Shown: positions 1 to 10,970 of the stretch, in pieces
Layout of the letters: each line of letters opens with the position of its first letter
Position numbering within the stretch: position 1 is the stretch's first letter
Origin: an uncultured Clostridia bacterium
GTDB lineage: Bacteria; Bacillota; Clostridia; TANB77; CAG-508
DNA: 64,000 bases
Assembly: GCA_947630065.1 (NCBI GenBank)
Contig: CANRGE010000002.1
Location: forward strand, 10,535-74,534
Direction of reading: 5' to 3'
Made by a program: the position numbers and the translations under genes
Notes under the pieces: generated by a model
What the model was told of the DNA's origin: nothing
The model's input: only the letters and a program-made list of their open reading frames with translations
Databases searched by the model: none

Positions 1-510
1 ATCTCCATTCGTTTGTAATTTTTCTTGTAAAACTGTTTTATAATCTTTTATCCCTACATTTTTACTTGCAACTTGTATACTATCTATTAAGTTTTCTAAC
101 ACAAATTTTTTTGCATTTTCTATTCCTGAGTCTAAAAATATTGCTGCTATTACTGCTTCTACACTATCTGCTAATATTGCTGGACTTTTTTTACCTTTAT
201 TAAAGGTTTCACTTTTTCCTAAATATAAGAAATCACTAAAATTATGCTGTTGTGCTATTTTATATAAACTTTCTTCACATACTACTGTAGCCCTAACTTT
301 AGTCATTTCTCCTTCTTTTAAATCTTTATAATTTTCGTATAAATATTCACTAGTAATAAATTCTAATATTGCATCTCCTAAAAATTCTAATTTTTCATTA
401 CTATTTACACCATGTTCATATGCATATGATGTATGTGTTAATGCATTTTTTAATAAATCTTTGTTTATAAATGTATAACCTATATTTTTTTCGAATATTT
501 CTAATTCCAT
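1..510 (-). CDS. rnc: Ribonuclease III, N-terminal ~170 aa (gene runs off the window start)
   Basis: Absent from the ORF track because it has no stop in the window. My translation from ATG (508-510) gives MELEIFEKNIGYTFINKDLLKNALTHTSYAYEH...NEKLEFLGDAILEFITSEYLY, which contains the RNase III signature (ExLEFLGD). Confidence 0.85.
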   Translation of the reverse strand, partial: MELEIFEKNIGYTFINKDLLKNALTHTSYAYEHGVNSNEKLEFLGDAILEFITSEYLYENYKDLKEGEMTKVRATVVCEESLYKIAQQHNFSDFLYLGKSETFNKGKKSPAILADSVEAVIAAIFLDSGIENAKKFVLENLIDSIQVASKNVGIKDYKTVLQEKLQTNGD

Positions 511-581
511 TCTACTACCCTCCTTTACTAATATAATACCTTCTTATTATACTCTATTATTTTATAAATTGCAAAATATTT

Positions 582-705
582 AACATATCTCGCTTCGCGA
601 GACCTCTTTTCTACATCTTAAAGTTTGCTATCTAAATTCAATGTCTCAAAGAAGCGTAAAGATTTGTTGACGCGAAAATTTACAAAGTAAATTTTCTGTG
701 CAATA
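582..705 (+). repeat. Family-A structured intergenic repeat (~125 nt), copy 1
   Basis: More than 90% identical to the copies at 45332, 53521 (reverse), 60612 and 61409. Nested stems: ACA(A/T)ATCT/AGATTTGT, CGCTTC/GAAGCG and GAGACC/G(G/T)TCTC. A second hairpin GAAAATTTAC-AAA-GTAAATTTTC follows. Confidence 0.85.
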
Positions 706-711
706 TTATAT

Positions 712-750
712 AAAAAAATGCAGCCTAAAACTATTACAGTTTTGGTTGCA
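712..750 (-). terminator. Rho-independent terminator downstream of acpP
   Basis: Minus strand reads GCAACCAAAACTGTAATAGTTTTAGGCTGC followed by ATTTTTTT. It lies 10 nt after the acpP stop. Confidence 0.6.
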
Positions 751-760
751 CTTTAATTTA

Positions 761-1003
761 TTATTGAACATTTTCTTTAATGTATTCTACTACATCATTT
801 ACTGTTACTATTTTTTCTGCATCAGCATCTGGAATTTCTAAATCAAATTCTTCTTCTAATGCCATTATTAATTCAACTATATCTAGAGAATCTGCTCCTA
901 AGTCATCTATAAAAGATGCTTCTAATGTTACAGATGTTTCTGATACACCTAGTTGTTCTACTATAACTTCTTTTATTTTTTCAAATATTTCTTCTGAACT
1001 CAT
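761..1003 (-). CDS. acpP: Acyl carrier protein
   Basis: 80-aa ORF with the phosphopantetheine attachment motif [19 protein letters not shown]. It sits next to plsX and rnc, as in many Bacillota. Confidence 0.95.
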   Translation of the reverse strand: MSSEEIFEKIKEVIVEQLGVSETSVTLEASFIDDLGADSLDIVELIMALEEEFDLEIPDADAEKIVTVNDVVEYIKENVQ

Positions 1004-1098
1004 TTTATAAGTTCACCCCCTCTCAATCCTCTCTTCAAATTTCATATTTAAACAATAATATATGTTTTTATAAATGTCAAGCATTTTATAATATTTTT

Positions 1099-2127
1099 TT
1101 ATTTTTCGACCATTCCTTCAAATTGTTCTTTCATTTTTTCTACTGCTTTATTTTCTACAAATTTTTCTGCTTGTTTTATTGTGAATTCAAATAGCCTTTC
1201 ATCACTGCTTCCATGTGCTTTTACTACTGGTTTTTTTACACCTAAGAACAATGCTCCCCCATAAGTTTTATAATCCATTGCTTTTTGTAAAGAATTTATT
1301 GATGGAAGTGCTGGAATTGCTCCTAACATTGTTAATATATTCTTTTTTATACTTTCTTTTAGTGTTCTTTTTACAAGCTTTCCTACACCTTCTACTGTTT
1401 TTAGAAATACATTACCTGTAAATCCATCTGTTACTAATATATCCAATTTTCCAGAAAATGCATCTCTTCCTTCAACATTTCCCACGAAATTTATATTCAA
1501 TTCTTTTGATTTTTCTTTTAGCAAATTGTATGATTCTTTTACTAATTCATTACCTTTTGTTTCTTCTGTTCCTATGTTTAATAATCCTACTGTAGGTTCT
1601 TTTGTTCCAAATGTATTTGATATGTATATGCTTGCCATTTGTGCAAATTGTAATAAGTTTATTGGTTTGCAATTTGTATTTGAACCACAATCCATTAATA
1701 AAAGTCTTCCTTTATATGCTGGTAATATTCCTGCTAATGCTGGTCTATCTATTCCTTTTATTCTTCCTACTAAAAGAGTAGCTCCTGTTAATAATGCTCC
1801 TGAATTTCCTGCTGATATAAAAACATCTCCTTTTCCTTCTTTTAGTAAATTAAAACCTACTACCATAGACGAATCTTTTTTCTGTCTAATTGCTTGTGTT
1901 GGTATATCACACATTTCTATTGTTTCTGTAGTGTTATATATTTTTAATCTGTCTGAGATTTCTTCTATATTATCTTTTCCATAAAATTCTTTTATTTTTG
2001 CTTTAATAATTTCTTCATTTCCTATTAACATTACTTCTGCATTAATTTGATCAATTGCTTTAACAGCACCTTTAATTGTTGCATCTGGAGCATTGTCTCC
2101 TCCCATTGCATCTAATAATATTACCAT
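1099..2127 (-). CDS. plsX: Phosphate acyltransferase PlsX
   Basis: 342 aa. The N-terminus is ILLDAMGGDNAP and the length is typical. Synteny is plsX-acpP. Confidence 0.9.
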   Translation of the reverse strand: MVILLDAMGGDNAPDATIKGAVKAIDQINAEVMLIGNEEIIKAKIKEFYGKDNIEEISDRLKIYNTTETIEMCDIPTQAIRQKKDSSMVVGFNLLKEGKGDVFISAGNSGALLTGATLLVGRIKGIDRPALAGILPAYKGRLLLMDCGSNTNCKPINLLQFAQMASIYISNTFGTKEPTVGLLNIGTEETKGNELVKESYNLLKEKSKELNINFVGNVEGRDAFSGKLDILVTDGFTGNVFLKTVEGVGKLVKRTLKESIKKNILTMLGAIPALPSINSLQKAMDYKTYGGALFLGVKKPVVKAHGSSDERLFEFTIKQAEKFVENKAVEKMKEQFEGMVEK

Positions 2128-2249
2128 ATTTACTCCAATCCCTTTCTCCGTATAAATAAGTAAAAATTAACTTTTTCCACTTATTTATATATATTGTATT
2201 TATAACATAGCCATTTTATTATTAAATATATAATTTTGCAATACTTTTT

Positions 2250-2292
2250 AAATAAAAAATAAAGTTTGCACATGCAAACTTTATTTTTTTAT
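2250..2292 (-). terminator. Terminator hairpin downstream of tuf (bidirectional-looking)
   Basis: AAAGTTTGCA/TGCAAACTTT stem flanked by an A-run and a T-run. It lies 10-50 nt after the tuf stop. Confidence 0.6.
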
Positions 2293-2302
2293 TTGTTTTT
2301 TA

Positions 2303-3508
2303 TTATCCAATAATTTCAGAAACAATTCCTGAACCTACTGTTCTACCACCTTCACGAATAGCGAATCTTAATCCTTTTTCTATAGCGATTGGTGTAATAA
2401 GTTCTATAGTCATTGCTACGTTATCTCCTGGCATAACCATTGCATCTGGTCCACCTGCTAATTCGATAACACCTGTAACGTCTGTTGTTCTGAAGTAGAA
2501 TTGTGGTCTGTATCCGTTGAAGAATGGTGTATGTCTTCCACCTTCTTCTTTAGTTAATACATAAACTTCTGATTTGAATTTTGTATGTGGATTGATTGTT
2601 CCTGGTTTTGCTAAAACTTGACCTCTTTCGATGTCTTTTCTATCAATACCTCTTAATAGAACACCTATATTATCTCCAGCTTCTGCTTGATCTAATAGTT
2701 TTCTGAACATTTCAACACCTGTTATAACAGTTTTTCTTCTTTCTGTTGTTAAACCAATTATTTCAACTTCGTCAGAAACTTTTACAACTCCTCTTTCTAC
2801 TCTACCTGTTGCAACTGTTCCACGTCCTGTAATTGTGAATACGTCTTCAACTGGCATTAAGAATGGTTGATCTATTGGTCTTTCTGGTGTTGGTATATAG
2901 CTATCAACAGCATCCATTAATTCTTTCATGCATGCATATTCTGGTGCATTTGGATCTGTAGATGTTGAATCTAATACTTTTAATGATGAACCTTTTACGA
3001 TTGGAATTTCGTCTCCTGGGAAATCATAGCTTGATAATAAGTCTCTAACTTCCATTTCAACTAATTCTAGTAATTCTGGATCATCAACCATATCGCATTT
3101 ATTTAAGTAAACAACGATATATTTAACTCCAACTTGTCTTGCAAGAAGTATATGTTCTCTTGTTTGAGGCATTGGACCATCTGCTGCTGAAACAACTAGT
3201 ATTGCTCCATCCATTTGTGCAGCACCTGTAATCATGTTTTTAACGTAGTCTGCGTGTCCTGGGCAGTCAACGTGTGCATAGTGTCTGTTATCTGTTTCAT
3301 ATTCTACGTGAGCTGTGTTAATTGTGATTCCTCTTGCTTTTTCTTCTGGAGCTCCGTCGATTTGATCATAAGCTTCGTATTGAGCTTTTCCTAATAAACT
3401 TAAATATTTTGTAATAGCTGCTGTTGTTGTTGTTTTTCCATGGTCAACGTGACCGATTGTTCCGATATTAACGTGTGGTTTTGTTCTTTCAAATTTAGCT
3501 TTAGCCAT
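2303..3508 (-). CDS. tuf: Elongation factor Tu
   Basis: 401 aa beginning [27 protein letters not shown], with DCPGHADY and NKCD GTPase motifs. Confidence 0.99.
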   Translation of the reverse strand: MAKAKFERTKPHVNIGTIGHVDHGKTTTTAAITKYLSLLGKAQYEAYDQIDGAPEEKARGITINTAHVEYETDNRHYAHVDCPGHADYVKNMITGAAQMDGAILVVSAADGPMPQTREHILLARQVGVKYIVVYLNKCDMVDDPELLELVEMEVRDLLSSYDFPGDEIPIVKGSSLKVLDSTSTDPNAPEYACMKELMDAVDSYIPTPERPIDQPFLMPVEDVFTITGRGTVATGRVERGVVKVSDEVEIIGLTTERRKTVITGVEMFRKLLDQAEAGDNIGVLLRGIDRKDIERGQVLAKPGTINPHTKFKSEVYVLTKEEGGRHTPFFNGYRPQFYFRTTDVTGVIELAGGPDAMVMPGDNVAMTIELITPIAIEKGLRFAIREGGRTVGSGIVSEIIG

Positions 3509-3685
3509 TTTAAAAATTCCTCCTTATTTTTTGTTTTTATTTTTTAAAATTTAATGACATTTTGTTAATCACATGCATTTTATAATACTTTTATTAAAAA
3601 TGCAAGTATATTAAGTTAATTTTCAGTATTTTTGCTAATAAATAATATTTTCATTTATTGATATATTTTTTTGTATTAAGAAAAT

Positions 3686-3745
3686 TCTTCGAAGTGCGGG
3701 CGATTAAAATCGCCCCCTACGCTAAATATGCTTTTTTAAAGATTT
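3686..3745. repeat. Family-C short GC-core hairpin repeat, copy 1
   Basis: GAAGTGCGGGCGATTAAAATCGCCCCCTAC...TTAAAGATTTA resembles 38613-38685. The hairpin core also resembles 53436-53470. Confidence 0.55.
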
Positions 3746-3774
3746 ATCAAAATATAAAAATATTATTTTTAAAA

Positions 3775-5859
3775 TTATTCTTCTTTTTTAGCTCTTGAAG
3801 CTACAATATTTTCTAATACTGATTTTGGTACTTCTTCATAATGTGAAGGTTCCATTGAGTATGTTCCTCTTCCTTGAGTTTTAGAACGTAAGTCTGTAGC
3901 ATATCCAAACATTTCAGATAATGGAATAAATCCTCTTATTATTTGGTTTCCTGCTCTAGATTCCATACCTTCCATTTTTCCTCTTCTAGAGTTTATATCT
4001 CCTATAACATCTCCCATGTATTCTTCTGGAACTGTTACTTCAACCTTCATTATTGGCTCTAATATAACTGATTTTCCTTTTTTACATCCTTCTTTGAATG
4101 CCATAGAACCTGCTATTTTGAATGCCATTTCTGAAGAGTCAACTTCATGGTAAGAACCATCTACTAAAGTTGCTTTAAAGTCTATAACTGGGTATCCAGC
4201 AAGTACACCGCTTTCAGCAGCTTCTCTAATTCCTTCTTCAATTGGTTTAATGTATTCTTTTGGAACAACACCACCAACAATTTTACTTTCAAATTGTATA
4301 CCAGTTCCTGGTTCTAGTGGTTCCATTTCTAACCAAACATGTCCGTATTGTCCACGTCCACCTGATTGACGAATGAATTTTCCTTCTACTCTTACTGGTT
4401 CTCTTATAGTTTCTTTGTATGCAACTTGTGGTTTACCAACATTTGCTTCTACTTTAAATTCTCTTTTTAATCTATCTACTATTATGTCTAAGTGTAATTC
4501 TCCCATTCCTGCTATAATTGTTTGACCTGTTTCATGATTTGTATAAGTTTTGAATGTTGGGTCTTCTTCTGCAAGTTTTGCAAGAGCTATTCCCATTTTT
4601 TCACTTGCTACTTTATCTTTAGGTTCAATAGCAATGTCTATAACTGGTTCTGGGAATTCCATTGATTCTAGAATTACAGGATGTGCTGGGTCGCATAATG
4701 TATCACCTGTAGTTGTATCTTTTAATCCAACAGCTGCTGCTATATCTCCAGAAAATACTTCTTCAATATCTTCTCTGTGGTTAGCATGCATTTGTAATAT
4801 TCTTCCTATTCTTTCTTTTTTGTCTTTTCCAGAATTTAATACAGTTGAACCTGCTGTTATTGTTCCTGAATAAACTCTAAAGAAGCAAAGTTTTCCAACG
4901 AATGGGTCTGTTGCAATTTTAAATGCAAGTGCAGCAAAAGGTTCATTATCACCTGTTTTTGCTTCTACTTCATTTCCATCTAAATCTACACCTTTAATAT
5001 GTGGTATATCTAATGGAGATGGCATATAGTCTACTATTGCATTTAATAATTCTTGAACACCTTTATTTTTGTATGAAGAACCACAACATACAGGAACTAT
5101 ATTATTGTTTATTGTTCCTTTACGAAGACCTTTTTTAATTTCAGCTTCTGTTAATGTTCCTTCATCTAAATATTTCATCATTAATTCATCATCTTGCTCT
5201 GCAGCAGCTTCAATCATTTTTTCTCTATATTCTTCTGCTTGAGCTCTTAAATCATCAGGAATTTCTAATTCTTCTATTTCTTTTCCTAAATCATCTTTAT
5301 GAATATATGCTTTCATTTTTATTAAATCAACTATTCCTTGGAATGTATCTTCTGCACCAATTGGTAATTGAATTGGAACAGCATTAGCATTTAATCTTTC
5401 TTTCATTTGCTCAACACATCCTAAGAAGTTTGCACCTGTAATATCCATTTTATTTACATATGCCATTCTTGGAACATGATATTTGTCTGCTTGTCTCCAA
5501 ACAGTTTCTGATTGTGGTTGAACTCCACCTTTTGCACAGAATACTGTTACAGAACCATCTAATACTCTTAATGATCTTTGTACTTCAACTGTGAAATCAA
5601 CGTGTCCAGGAGTGTCTATTATATTAATTCTGTGATCTAACCAACGTGCTGTTGTTGCAGCAGATGTAATTGTTATACCTCTTTCTTGTTCTTGAGCCAT
5701 CCAGTCCATTGTAGCTGCACCTTCATGAGTTTCTCCTATTTTGTGAACTCTACCAGTATAGAAAAGTATTCTTTCTGTTGTTGTTGTTTTTCCTGCATCT
5801 ATATGAGCCATTATTCCTATATTTCTGGTCATCTCTAATGAAACTTCTCTTTTTGCCAC
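3775..5859 (-). CDS. fusA: Elongation factor G
   Basis: 694 aa with [20 protein letters not shown] and DTPGHVDF motifs. str operon order is preserved. Confidence 0.99.
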   Translation of the reverse strand: MAKREVSLEMTRNIGIMAHIDAGKTTTTERILFYTGRVHKIGETHEGAATMDWMAQEQERGITITSAATTARWLDHRINIIDTPGHVDFTVEVQRSLRVLDGSVTVFCAKGGVQPQSETVWRQADKYHVPRMAYVNKMDITGANFLGCVEQMKERLNANAVPIQLPIGAEDTFQGIVDLIKMKAYIHKDDLGKEIEELEIPDDLRAQAEEYREKMIEAAAEQDDELMMKYLDEGTLTEAEIKKGLRKGTINNNIVPVCCGSSYKNKGVQELLNAIVDYMPSPLDIPHIKGVDLDGNEVEAKTGDNEPFAALAFKIATDPFVGKLCFFRVYSGTITAGSTVLNSGKDKKERIGRILQMHANHREDIEEVFSGDIAAAVGLKDTTTGDTLCDPAHPVILESMEFPEPVIDIAIEPKDKVASEKMGIALAKLAEEDPTFKTYTNHETGQTIIAGMGELHLDIIVDRLKREFKVEANVGKPQVAYKETIREPVRVEGKFIRQSGGRGQYGHVWLEMEPLEPGTGIQFESKIVGGVVPKEYIKPIEEGIREAAESGVLAGYPVIDFKATLVDGSYHEVDSSEMAFKIAGSMAFKEGCKKGKSVILEPIMKVEVTVPEEYMGDVIGDINSRRGKMEGMESRAGNQIIRGFIPLSEMFGYATDLRSKTQGRGTYSMEPSHYEEVPKSVLENIVASRAKKEE

Positions 5860-5977
5860 TTTTTTTCCTCCTTTTTCTTCTATGAAAACTTAAGTTTTAT
5901 AAGTTTTTCGATAGAAAATTTTATTTCATTTTTACATTTGTATTATTAACATTTTTATAGTTAATAAACTTTTAATT

Positions 5978-6448
5978 TTACCATTTATAATGTGCAAATG
6001 CTTTATTAGCTTCTGCCATTCTGTGCATTTCTTCTTTTCTCTTGAATGCTCCACCATTTCCTGTTGTTGCATCTATTATTTCATTAGCTAATTTATCAGC
6101 CATTGTTTTTTCATGTCTATTTCTTGCATATGTTACAAGCCATCTTAAACCTAATGTTTGTCTTCTTTCAGGTCTAATTTCTAGTGGTACTTGGTAAGTT
6201 GCACCACCAACACGTCTAGCTTTTACTTCAAGAACAGGCATTACATTTTCTAATGCTGCTTCAAAAACTTCTAATGGATCTTTTTGTTCTTTTTCTTTTA
6301 TAATATCAAATGCACCATATACTATTTTTTGTGCTATAGATTTTTTACCATCTAGCATTATGTTGTTTATTAATTTAGTAACAACTTTGCTATTATATAT
6401 TGGATCTGCAAGCACATCTCTTTTTGCTATATATCCTTTTCTTGGCAC
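5978..6448 (-). CDS. rpsG: 30S ribosomal protein S7
   Basis: 156 aa beginning MPRKG...; the protein ends in AFAHYKW. Confidence 0.98.
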   Translation of the reverse strand: MPRKGYIAKRDVLADPIYNSKVVTKLINNIMLDGKKSIAQKIVYGAFDIIKEKEQKDPLEVFEAALENVMPVLEVKARRVGGATYQVPLEIRPERRQTLGLRWLVTYARNRHEKTMADKLANEIIDATTGNGGAFKRKEEMHRMAEANKAFAHYKW

Positions 6449-6598
6449 TATTCTTCCCTCCTTATAATTTAATACTTATACCTTAAGTATTTAGGTACTC
6501 TGAAAAGCTTTTTTACTTTTCCGTATAGTGCTATCTATTCTAAATTTAAGTACCTTAAAGTTTAGTAAGAGTTAGCACTAAATTCTAATTTTTGAATT

Positions 6599-7012
6599 TT
6601 ATTTTTTTGGTTTTTTTGCTCCGTATTTAGAACGAGCTTGCATTCTGTCTTTAACCCCTGCTGTATCTAAAGTTCCTCTTATAATATGGTATCTAACACC
6701 TGGTAAATCTTTTACCCTACCACCTCTTATTAAAACAACACTGTGTTCTTGTAGGTTGTGTCCTATACCTGGAATATAAGATGTTACTTCAAAACCATTT
6801 GAAAGTCTAACTCTGGCAACTTTTCTTAATGCTGAGTTTGGTTTCTTAGGTGTTACTGTTTTTACAACTGTGCACACACCTCTTTTTTGTGGTGCTCTTG
6901 AATTAGTTACAGTTTTGTTTTTTGAATTGTAACCATGTTGTAATGCTGGTGCTGTTGATTTTGATGTAGAACTTTTTCTTCCTTTTCTTACTAATTGATT
7001 AATTGTTGGCAC
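6599..7012 (-). CDS. rpsL: 30S ribosomal protein S12
   Basis: 137 aa with [12 protein letters not shown] and [16 protein letters not shown]. Confidence 0.98.
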   Translation of the reverse strand: MPTINQLVRKGRKSSTSKSTAPALQHGYNSKNKTVTNSRAPQKRGVCTVVKTVTPKKPNSALRKVARVRLSNGFEVTSYIPGIGHNLQEHSVVLIRGGRVKDLPGVRYHIIRGTLDTAGVKDRMQARSKYGAKKPKK

Positions 7013-7069
7013 TTAAATTTCACCTCCTATTTATTTAAATATTAAATTTACTTACGGAAATCTTAACTT

Positions 7070-7130
7070 TTATAAAAAGAAAAATAACCGCAAATAAATT
7101 GTTAAATTTTAGCAATTTACTTGCGGTTAC
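7070..7130 (-). terminator. Terminator hairpin after the 413-aa coiled-coil gene
   Basis: TAACCGCAA...TTGCGGTTA stem, followed on the minus strand by ATTTTTCTTTTT. Confidence 0.55.
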
Positions 7131-7175
7131 TATTGTATCACTTATTTCCCTAATTGTCAAACAATTTTTAGTACT

Positions 7176-8417
7176 TTATAATTGTTCTTCATCATGTCCT
7201 TTTTTTTCTATTTCGGATTGTTCTGGTGATTTAGATTTTTCATCATTTTGTATTAATTGGTCATCTGTTACTTTTAAATGTTCCATATTTTCTTCTGGTA
7301 TTTCTATTGATTCTGGAAGAGCTAATTGTTTTTTCTTATTTAAGAAATTTGCTATTTTTTGCCAGATACTAATTTTAGGTTCTTGGTCAATTTCAACTAT
7401 TCCAATTCCTTCTTGTTTATGTGCTATTTCGGTTAAATATTTCTTAATATCTTTTGTTCCTTTTATTTTTTCATTTGAAATTTCATATGTAAGTGTCGTT
7501 GGCATAAAATCTTTTGATTTTGTTGAAATTGCTTGCAAATATCTTTCTGAATAATTGGTTTTATTTTCTTTATCATATTTATCACATAATAAATAATAAT
7601 TTATATCTGCATTTTCTGCTATATTTATAAAACTTTCTTCATATTTTTTATAATTATTAAAAGCTTCATCTGCAATTTCGTCTCTATTTTCATTTAGGTA
7701 TTCTTGTTTTATTTGTGCCCTACTTGTTTTTTTGTACGGACCTTCTAATATATATTTTTCTAATTCTTTTTCAAATGCAAATTCTTCTAATTTATCATCC
7801 ATAAGTTGCATTACATATTTTTTTAATACTTCTTGTGCAAATTTATATTTAGCTTCTTCGGTTATTAATCTTTTATTTATTTTTCTTTCATATTTTTGGC
7901 CTTTAGCATCAGTCATTGTATACATTCCAGTATTTACATTAACAATAGTATGCGGCTCTTTTCTTTCTTTTTCTACTTCTAGTTCTTCTTCTGGATTTTC
8001 TCTTAAATCTTTTGCATATATATTAAATTTTTCTACTTCATTTAATAATTTTGCTTGATATTTAACAGAAATATCATCTAATTCTACTTTTTTTGATTCT
8101 ATTACTGTTGTATATTTTTCAATTTCAAATTCTATTTTTTGCTTTTCTTTTTCGTCTTGAGTTGAATTTTTTTGATTTTGTAATTCGCTTATTCTTTGCT
8201 TGAAGTGTTCTTCTATCATTTTTTGTTTTTCTTCTATTAACTTATGTAATTGTTTTAAAGTTATTTTTTCACTAGTTATTGTTTTTTGCTTTGCTAACTC
8301 TAATTCTTCTAATATTTTATTTTTTTCTTCTTCAGAAGTTGTTAAAAGTATTTTATTTTGTAAATCTTCAAGTGTCTTTATATTTTGCTTAAATATAATT
8401 TCTCTTCCATCTATCAT
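7176..8417 (-). CDS. Hypothetical Lys/Glu-rich coiled-coil protein carrying one copy of a module shared with the next gene
   Basis: 413-aa ORF. The module NTGMYTMTDAKGQKYE...EEAKYKFAQEVL...ADINYYLLCDKYDKENKTNYSERYL...MPTTLTYEI parallels two modules in ORF 8542-10878. I recognise no family. Confidence 0.6.
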   Translation of the reverse strand: MIDGREIIFKQNIKTLEDLQNKILLTTSEEEKNKILEELELAKQKTITSEKITLKQLHKLIEEKQKMIEEHFKQRISELQNQKNSTQDEKEKQKIEFEIEKYTTVIESKKVELDDISVKYQAKLLNEVEKFNIYAKDLRENPEEELEVEKERKEPHTIVNVNTGMYTMTDAKGQKYERKINKRLITEEAKYKFAQEVLKKYVMQLMDDKLEEFAFEKELEKYILEGPYKKTSRAQIKQEYLNENRDEIADEAFNNYKKYEESFINIAENADINYYLLCDKYDKENKTNYSERYLQAISTKSKDFMPTTLTYEISNEKIKGTKDIKKYLTEIAHKQEGIGIVEIDQEPKISIWQKIANFLNKKKQLALPESIEIPEENMEHLKVTDDQLIQNDEKSKSPEQSEIEKKGHDEEQL

Positions 8418-8541
8418 ATTTTATCCTCCGTATCTTATTATATTTTCTCATAATATCAATTTTAAGTCAATTATTTATGAAATATTTTATTATAATTTGT
8501 AAAAAAAGAAAGAATTTATAACAATTCTTTCTTTTTGCAAA

Positions 8542-10878
8542 TTATTTTACAAAATCATCTTCTACTTCTTTATTAATATTTTGTTCAAAGTTTCCTTTTA
8601 CATTTTCATAAGGTATCCATCCCAAATCTCCATCTTTATTAGCTATGTGTACTATTATTTTTGAATTTGGATTTTCCTTTAATATTTCGTCCATATTTCC
8701 TTTTGTTAAGCAGTGTTTCATTTCTCCGTCTTCTCCTATTACTGCGATTAAATTAATTTCTACATCTTTACTATCTCTATTTTCCATTTTTCCTATAGGT
8801 CCATCTAAATTGCTATTATAATAGTATGTACCTTCTTCTAATACTGCTTTACTTCCAATTCCCACTTTAGCTTTTTCTTCTTCAATTTGTGCAGAATTAA
8901 TATCTTTATTTAATGTTTCTGTATTTTCCTTATATTCCAACATCTCATCTATTTTTTCTTGTGATACTTCCAATGATTCTTTAAATGCATTTGTTGCTTT
9001 TTGTGGTTTTTCTTTTACTTCTTCTGTTTTATTAAATTCAGTAAAATCTATAACTTCTCTTTCTTGAGACTTCTCTATGTTACTTGCAACTTTTGCAGTA
9101 CCAACACCTAATGCTGTTGCAGTTCCTGCTATTCCTAATGCTAATGATATTCTCTTCCATAACTTCATTTTTGGATCTCTTATTACTTCTGCTAATTGTA
9201 ATTTTTCTTGAGATTTTGCCATTTTTTCTATTTGCTTTTCTTCTTTTCTTGAATATAGTTTTAATATTCCTTTTTTGTTTGCTCTTTTTTCAATATTATA
9301 CACAACATCTGTTGGCATTTCCACTTTAGCTTTTTCATCAAATTTTTGTTGCATACTTATTTGTGAGTCCATATATTGTTTTGCAAAATGTGTATTATTT
9401 TCTCTATCATATATTTCATATAATCCAAATAAACTTATATCTGCAGTTTTTGCAAATTCTTTTACAGCTTGAATTTGTTCTACTGTTGGGTTTTTATAAT
9501 ATGTTTCTAGCATTTCAATTGCAAATTTTCCTCTTGCTTCTTTTGTTAATAATTCGTTATTAAGTTCTGCTTCGTATACTAATCCATTTTTATCTACTAA
9601 TTTATATATACCTTTTTTCAATGAGAAATCTACTCTTAATTTTTCTTTTTCTGTTGGTTTAATATCTTTTTCATTATTTTCTTGTTTAACTTCATTTTTT
9701 GGTTTAATATCTTCTTTTTTTATAACCTTGTTTTCTATTGTAGCAATTCCCATTTTAGATTGTCCTTCTGCTAGTTCAAGTATGTCTTTTACTTCTTCTT
9801 TTTTAAATGGCATTTTTGAGTCTAATACTAAATTATATTTCAAATTTACTGGCATATATTTTTGGTTTTCTCCTTTTTTAGCTAATATTGCCATTAAATA
9901 TTTTTCTGCCATTCTAGATTTATTATTCTTATCTGCTTCGGTTAATAAATCAAATACATTTTTATCTGCTACATTTGTAAGCCATTGTATTTTATATCTA
10001 AATTTTTCTCTTTTTGCTTCAGCTATTTTAGAAGCAATTTCTTTTGCAAATTCCTCTTTTGCTTGTTCTGTAAATGAATTTTTGTCAAAATCTTTTTCGT
10101 GTTTTTGTCCTTTTTCATCTGTTAATATATATTTTCCAGAATTTATACTAAATTCAATTGATGGTTTTGTTTTTTGTTGTTTTTCTTCTTTTGGTTGTTT
10201 TTCTTTTTGGTTTGATTCTTTTTCATGAGTTTCAATTTGTTTTTCAGTTTCTTTTATTATTTTCTCACTTAAGTCCTCTTCTGCTATTTCTTCTAATTCC
10301 TCTTCTTTTTTATTCATGGCTTTTTCAATAATTCTTCTTAATTTTCTGTCATTTGATTTATAAACTTTTTTATCTTTAAAAAACTTAAATTTTGAAGTTA
10401 AAAATGCTATAATCTTTAAAACAATTGAATTTTTAGTTTTTACTTTTTTTATTCCCTTAGTATTTCTTCTTAATCCAATATCTGTGTCATGTAATCCTTT
10501 TTCTTCTATTTTATCTAATAGCTTTTCTTCTTTTTCTATTAATGCTTCATTTAATACTTCTAATTTTGTTTCTTTTTCTTCCTTTATATTGTTTATTTTT
10601 TCTTCTAATTGTTCTCTTTTATCTGCATTTCCTTCATAGATACGCATTTCTTCTAATTCACGTATTTTTGAATTATATGTTTTTTTAACTTCTTTTTCTA
10701 ATTTTTTCTTTTCTTCTTCTATCTCTTTTAATTCTTTTTTTGCTTCTTCTATTGCTTCTGCTTTAGCTGCTTCTAATTCATCTGCATAATCCTCTTTTTC
10801 TATTTCATCTAAATCAGATATTTTAGCATTTATTTCTTCAAATTTGTTTAATGCTTCTTCTAATTTATCATTTTTCAT
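8542..10878 (-). CDS. Hypothetical coiled-coil protein with two copies of the shared module, one TM segment and a C-terminal globular domain
   Basis: 778-aa ORF. Modules occur around NSGKYILTDEKGQKHE...MPVNLKYNL and KKGIYKLVDKNGLVYE...MPTDVVYNI. The TM segment is LWKRISLALGIAGTATALGVGTA. The C-terminal ~130 aa is non-repetitive. Confidence 0.6.
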   Translation of the reverse strand: MKNDKLEEALNKFEEINAKISDLDEIEKEDYADELEAAKAEAIEEAKKELKEIEEEKKKLEKEVKKTYNSKIRELEEMRIYEGNADKREQLEEKINNIKEEKETKLEVLNEALIEKEEKLLDKIEEKGLHDTDIGLRRNTKGIKKVKTKNSIVLKIIAFLTSKFKFFKDKKVYKSNDRKLRRIIEKAMNKKEEELEEIAEEDLSEKIIKETEKQIETHEKESNQKEKQPKEEKQQKTKPSIEFSINSGKYILTDEKGQKHEKDFDKNSFTEQAKEEFAKEIASKIAEAKREKFRYKIQWLTNVADKNVFDLLTEADKNNKSRMAEKYLMAILAKKGENQKYMPVNLKYNLVLDSKMPFKKEEVKDILELAEGQSKMGIATIENKVIKKEDIKPKNEVKQENNEKDIKPTEKEKLRVDFSLKKGIYKLVDKNGLVYEAELNNELLTKEARGKFAIEMLETYYKNPTVEQIQAVKEFAKTADISLFGLYEIYDRENNTHFAKQYMDSQISMQQKFDEKAKVEMPTDVVYNIEKRANKKGILKLYSRKEEKQIEKMAKSQEKLQLAEVIRDPKMKLWKRISLALGIAGTATALGVGTAKVASNIEKSQEREVIDFTEFNKTEEVKEKPQKATNAFKESLEVSQEKIDEMLEYKENTETLNKDINSAQIEEEKAKVGIGSKAVLEEGTYYYNSNLDGPIGKMENRDSKDVEINLIAVIGEDGEMKHCLTKGNMDEILKENPNSKIIVHIANKDGDLGWIPYENVKGNFEQNINKEVEDDFVK

Positions 10879-10970
10879 ATTATTTAATTTCCTTTCTTAA
10901 TAAAAACTTTCTCATATTTAACCATAAAAAGGCTATACTCTTATTATTTTACCATATTTTGTATTTTTCG

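Noticed and set aside
1526-1984. Numerous plus-strand ORFs rich in F/L/I/S/C that lie inside minus-strand genes. Examples are 780-1010, 1526-1984, 4550-4873, 7099-7554, 9728-10228, 17494-17844, 19686-20120, 30227-30694, 31367-31813, 42535-42996 and 57500-58027.
   Set aside because: They are antisense shadows of well-supported conserved genes in an AT-rich genome. They have low-complexity composition, no SD and no recognisable motifs.
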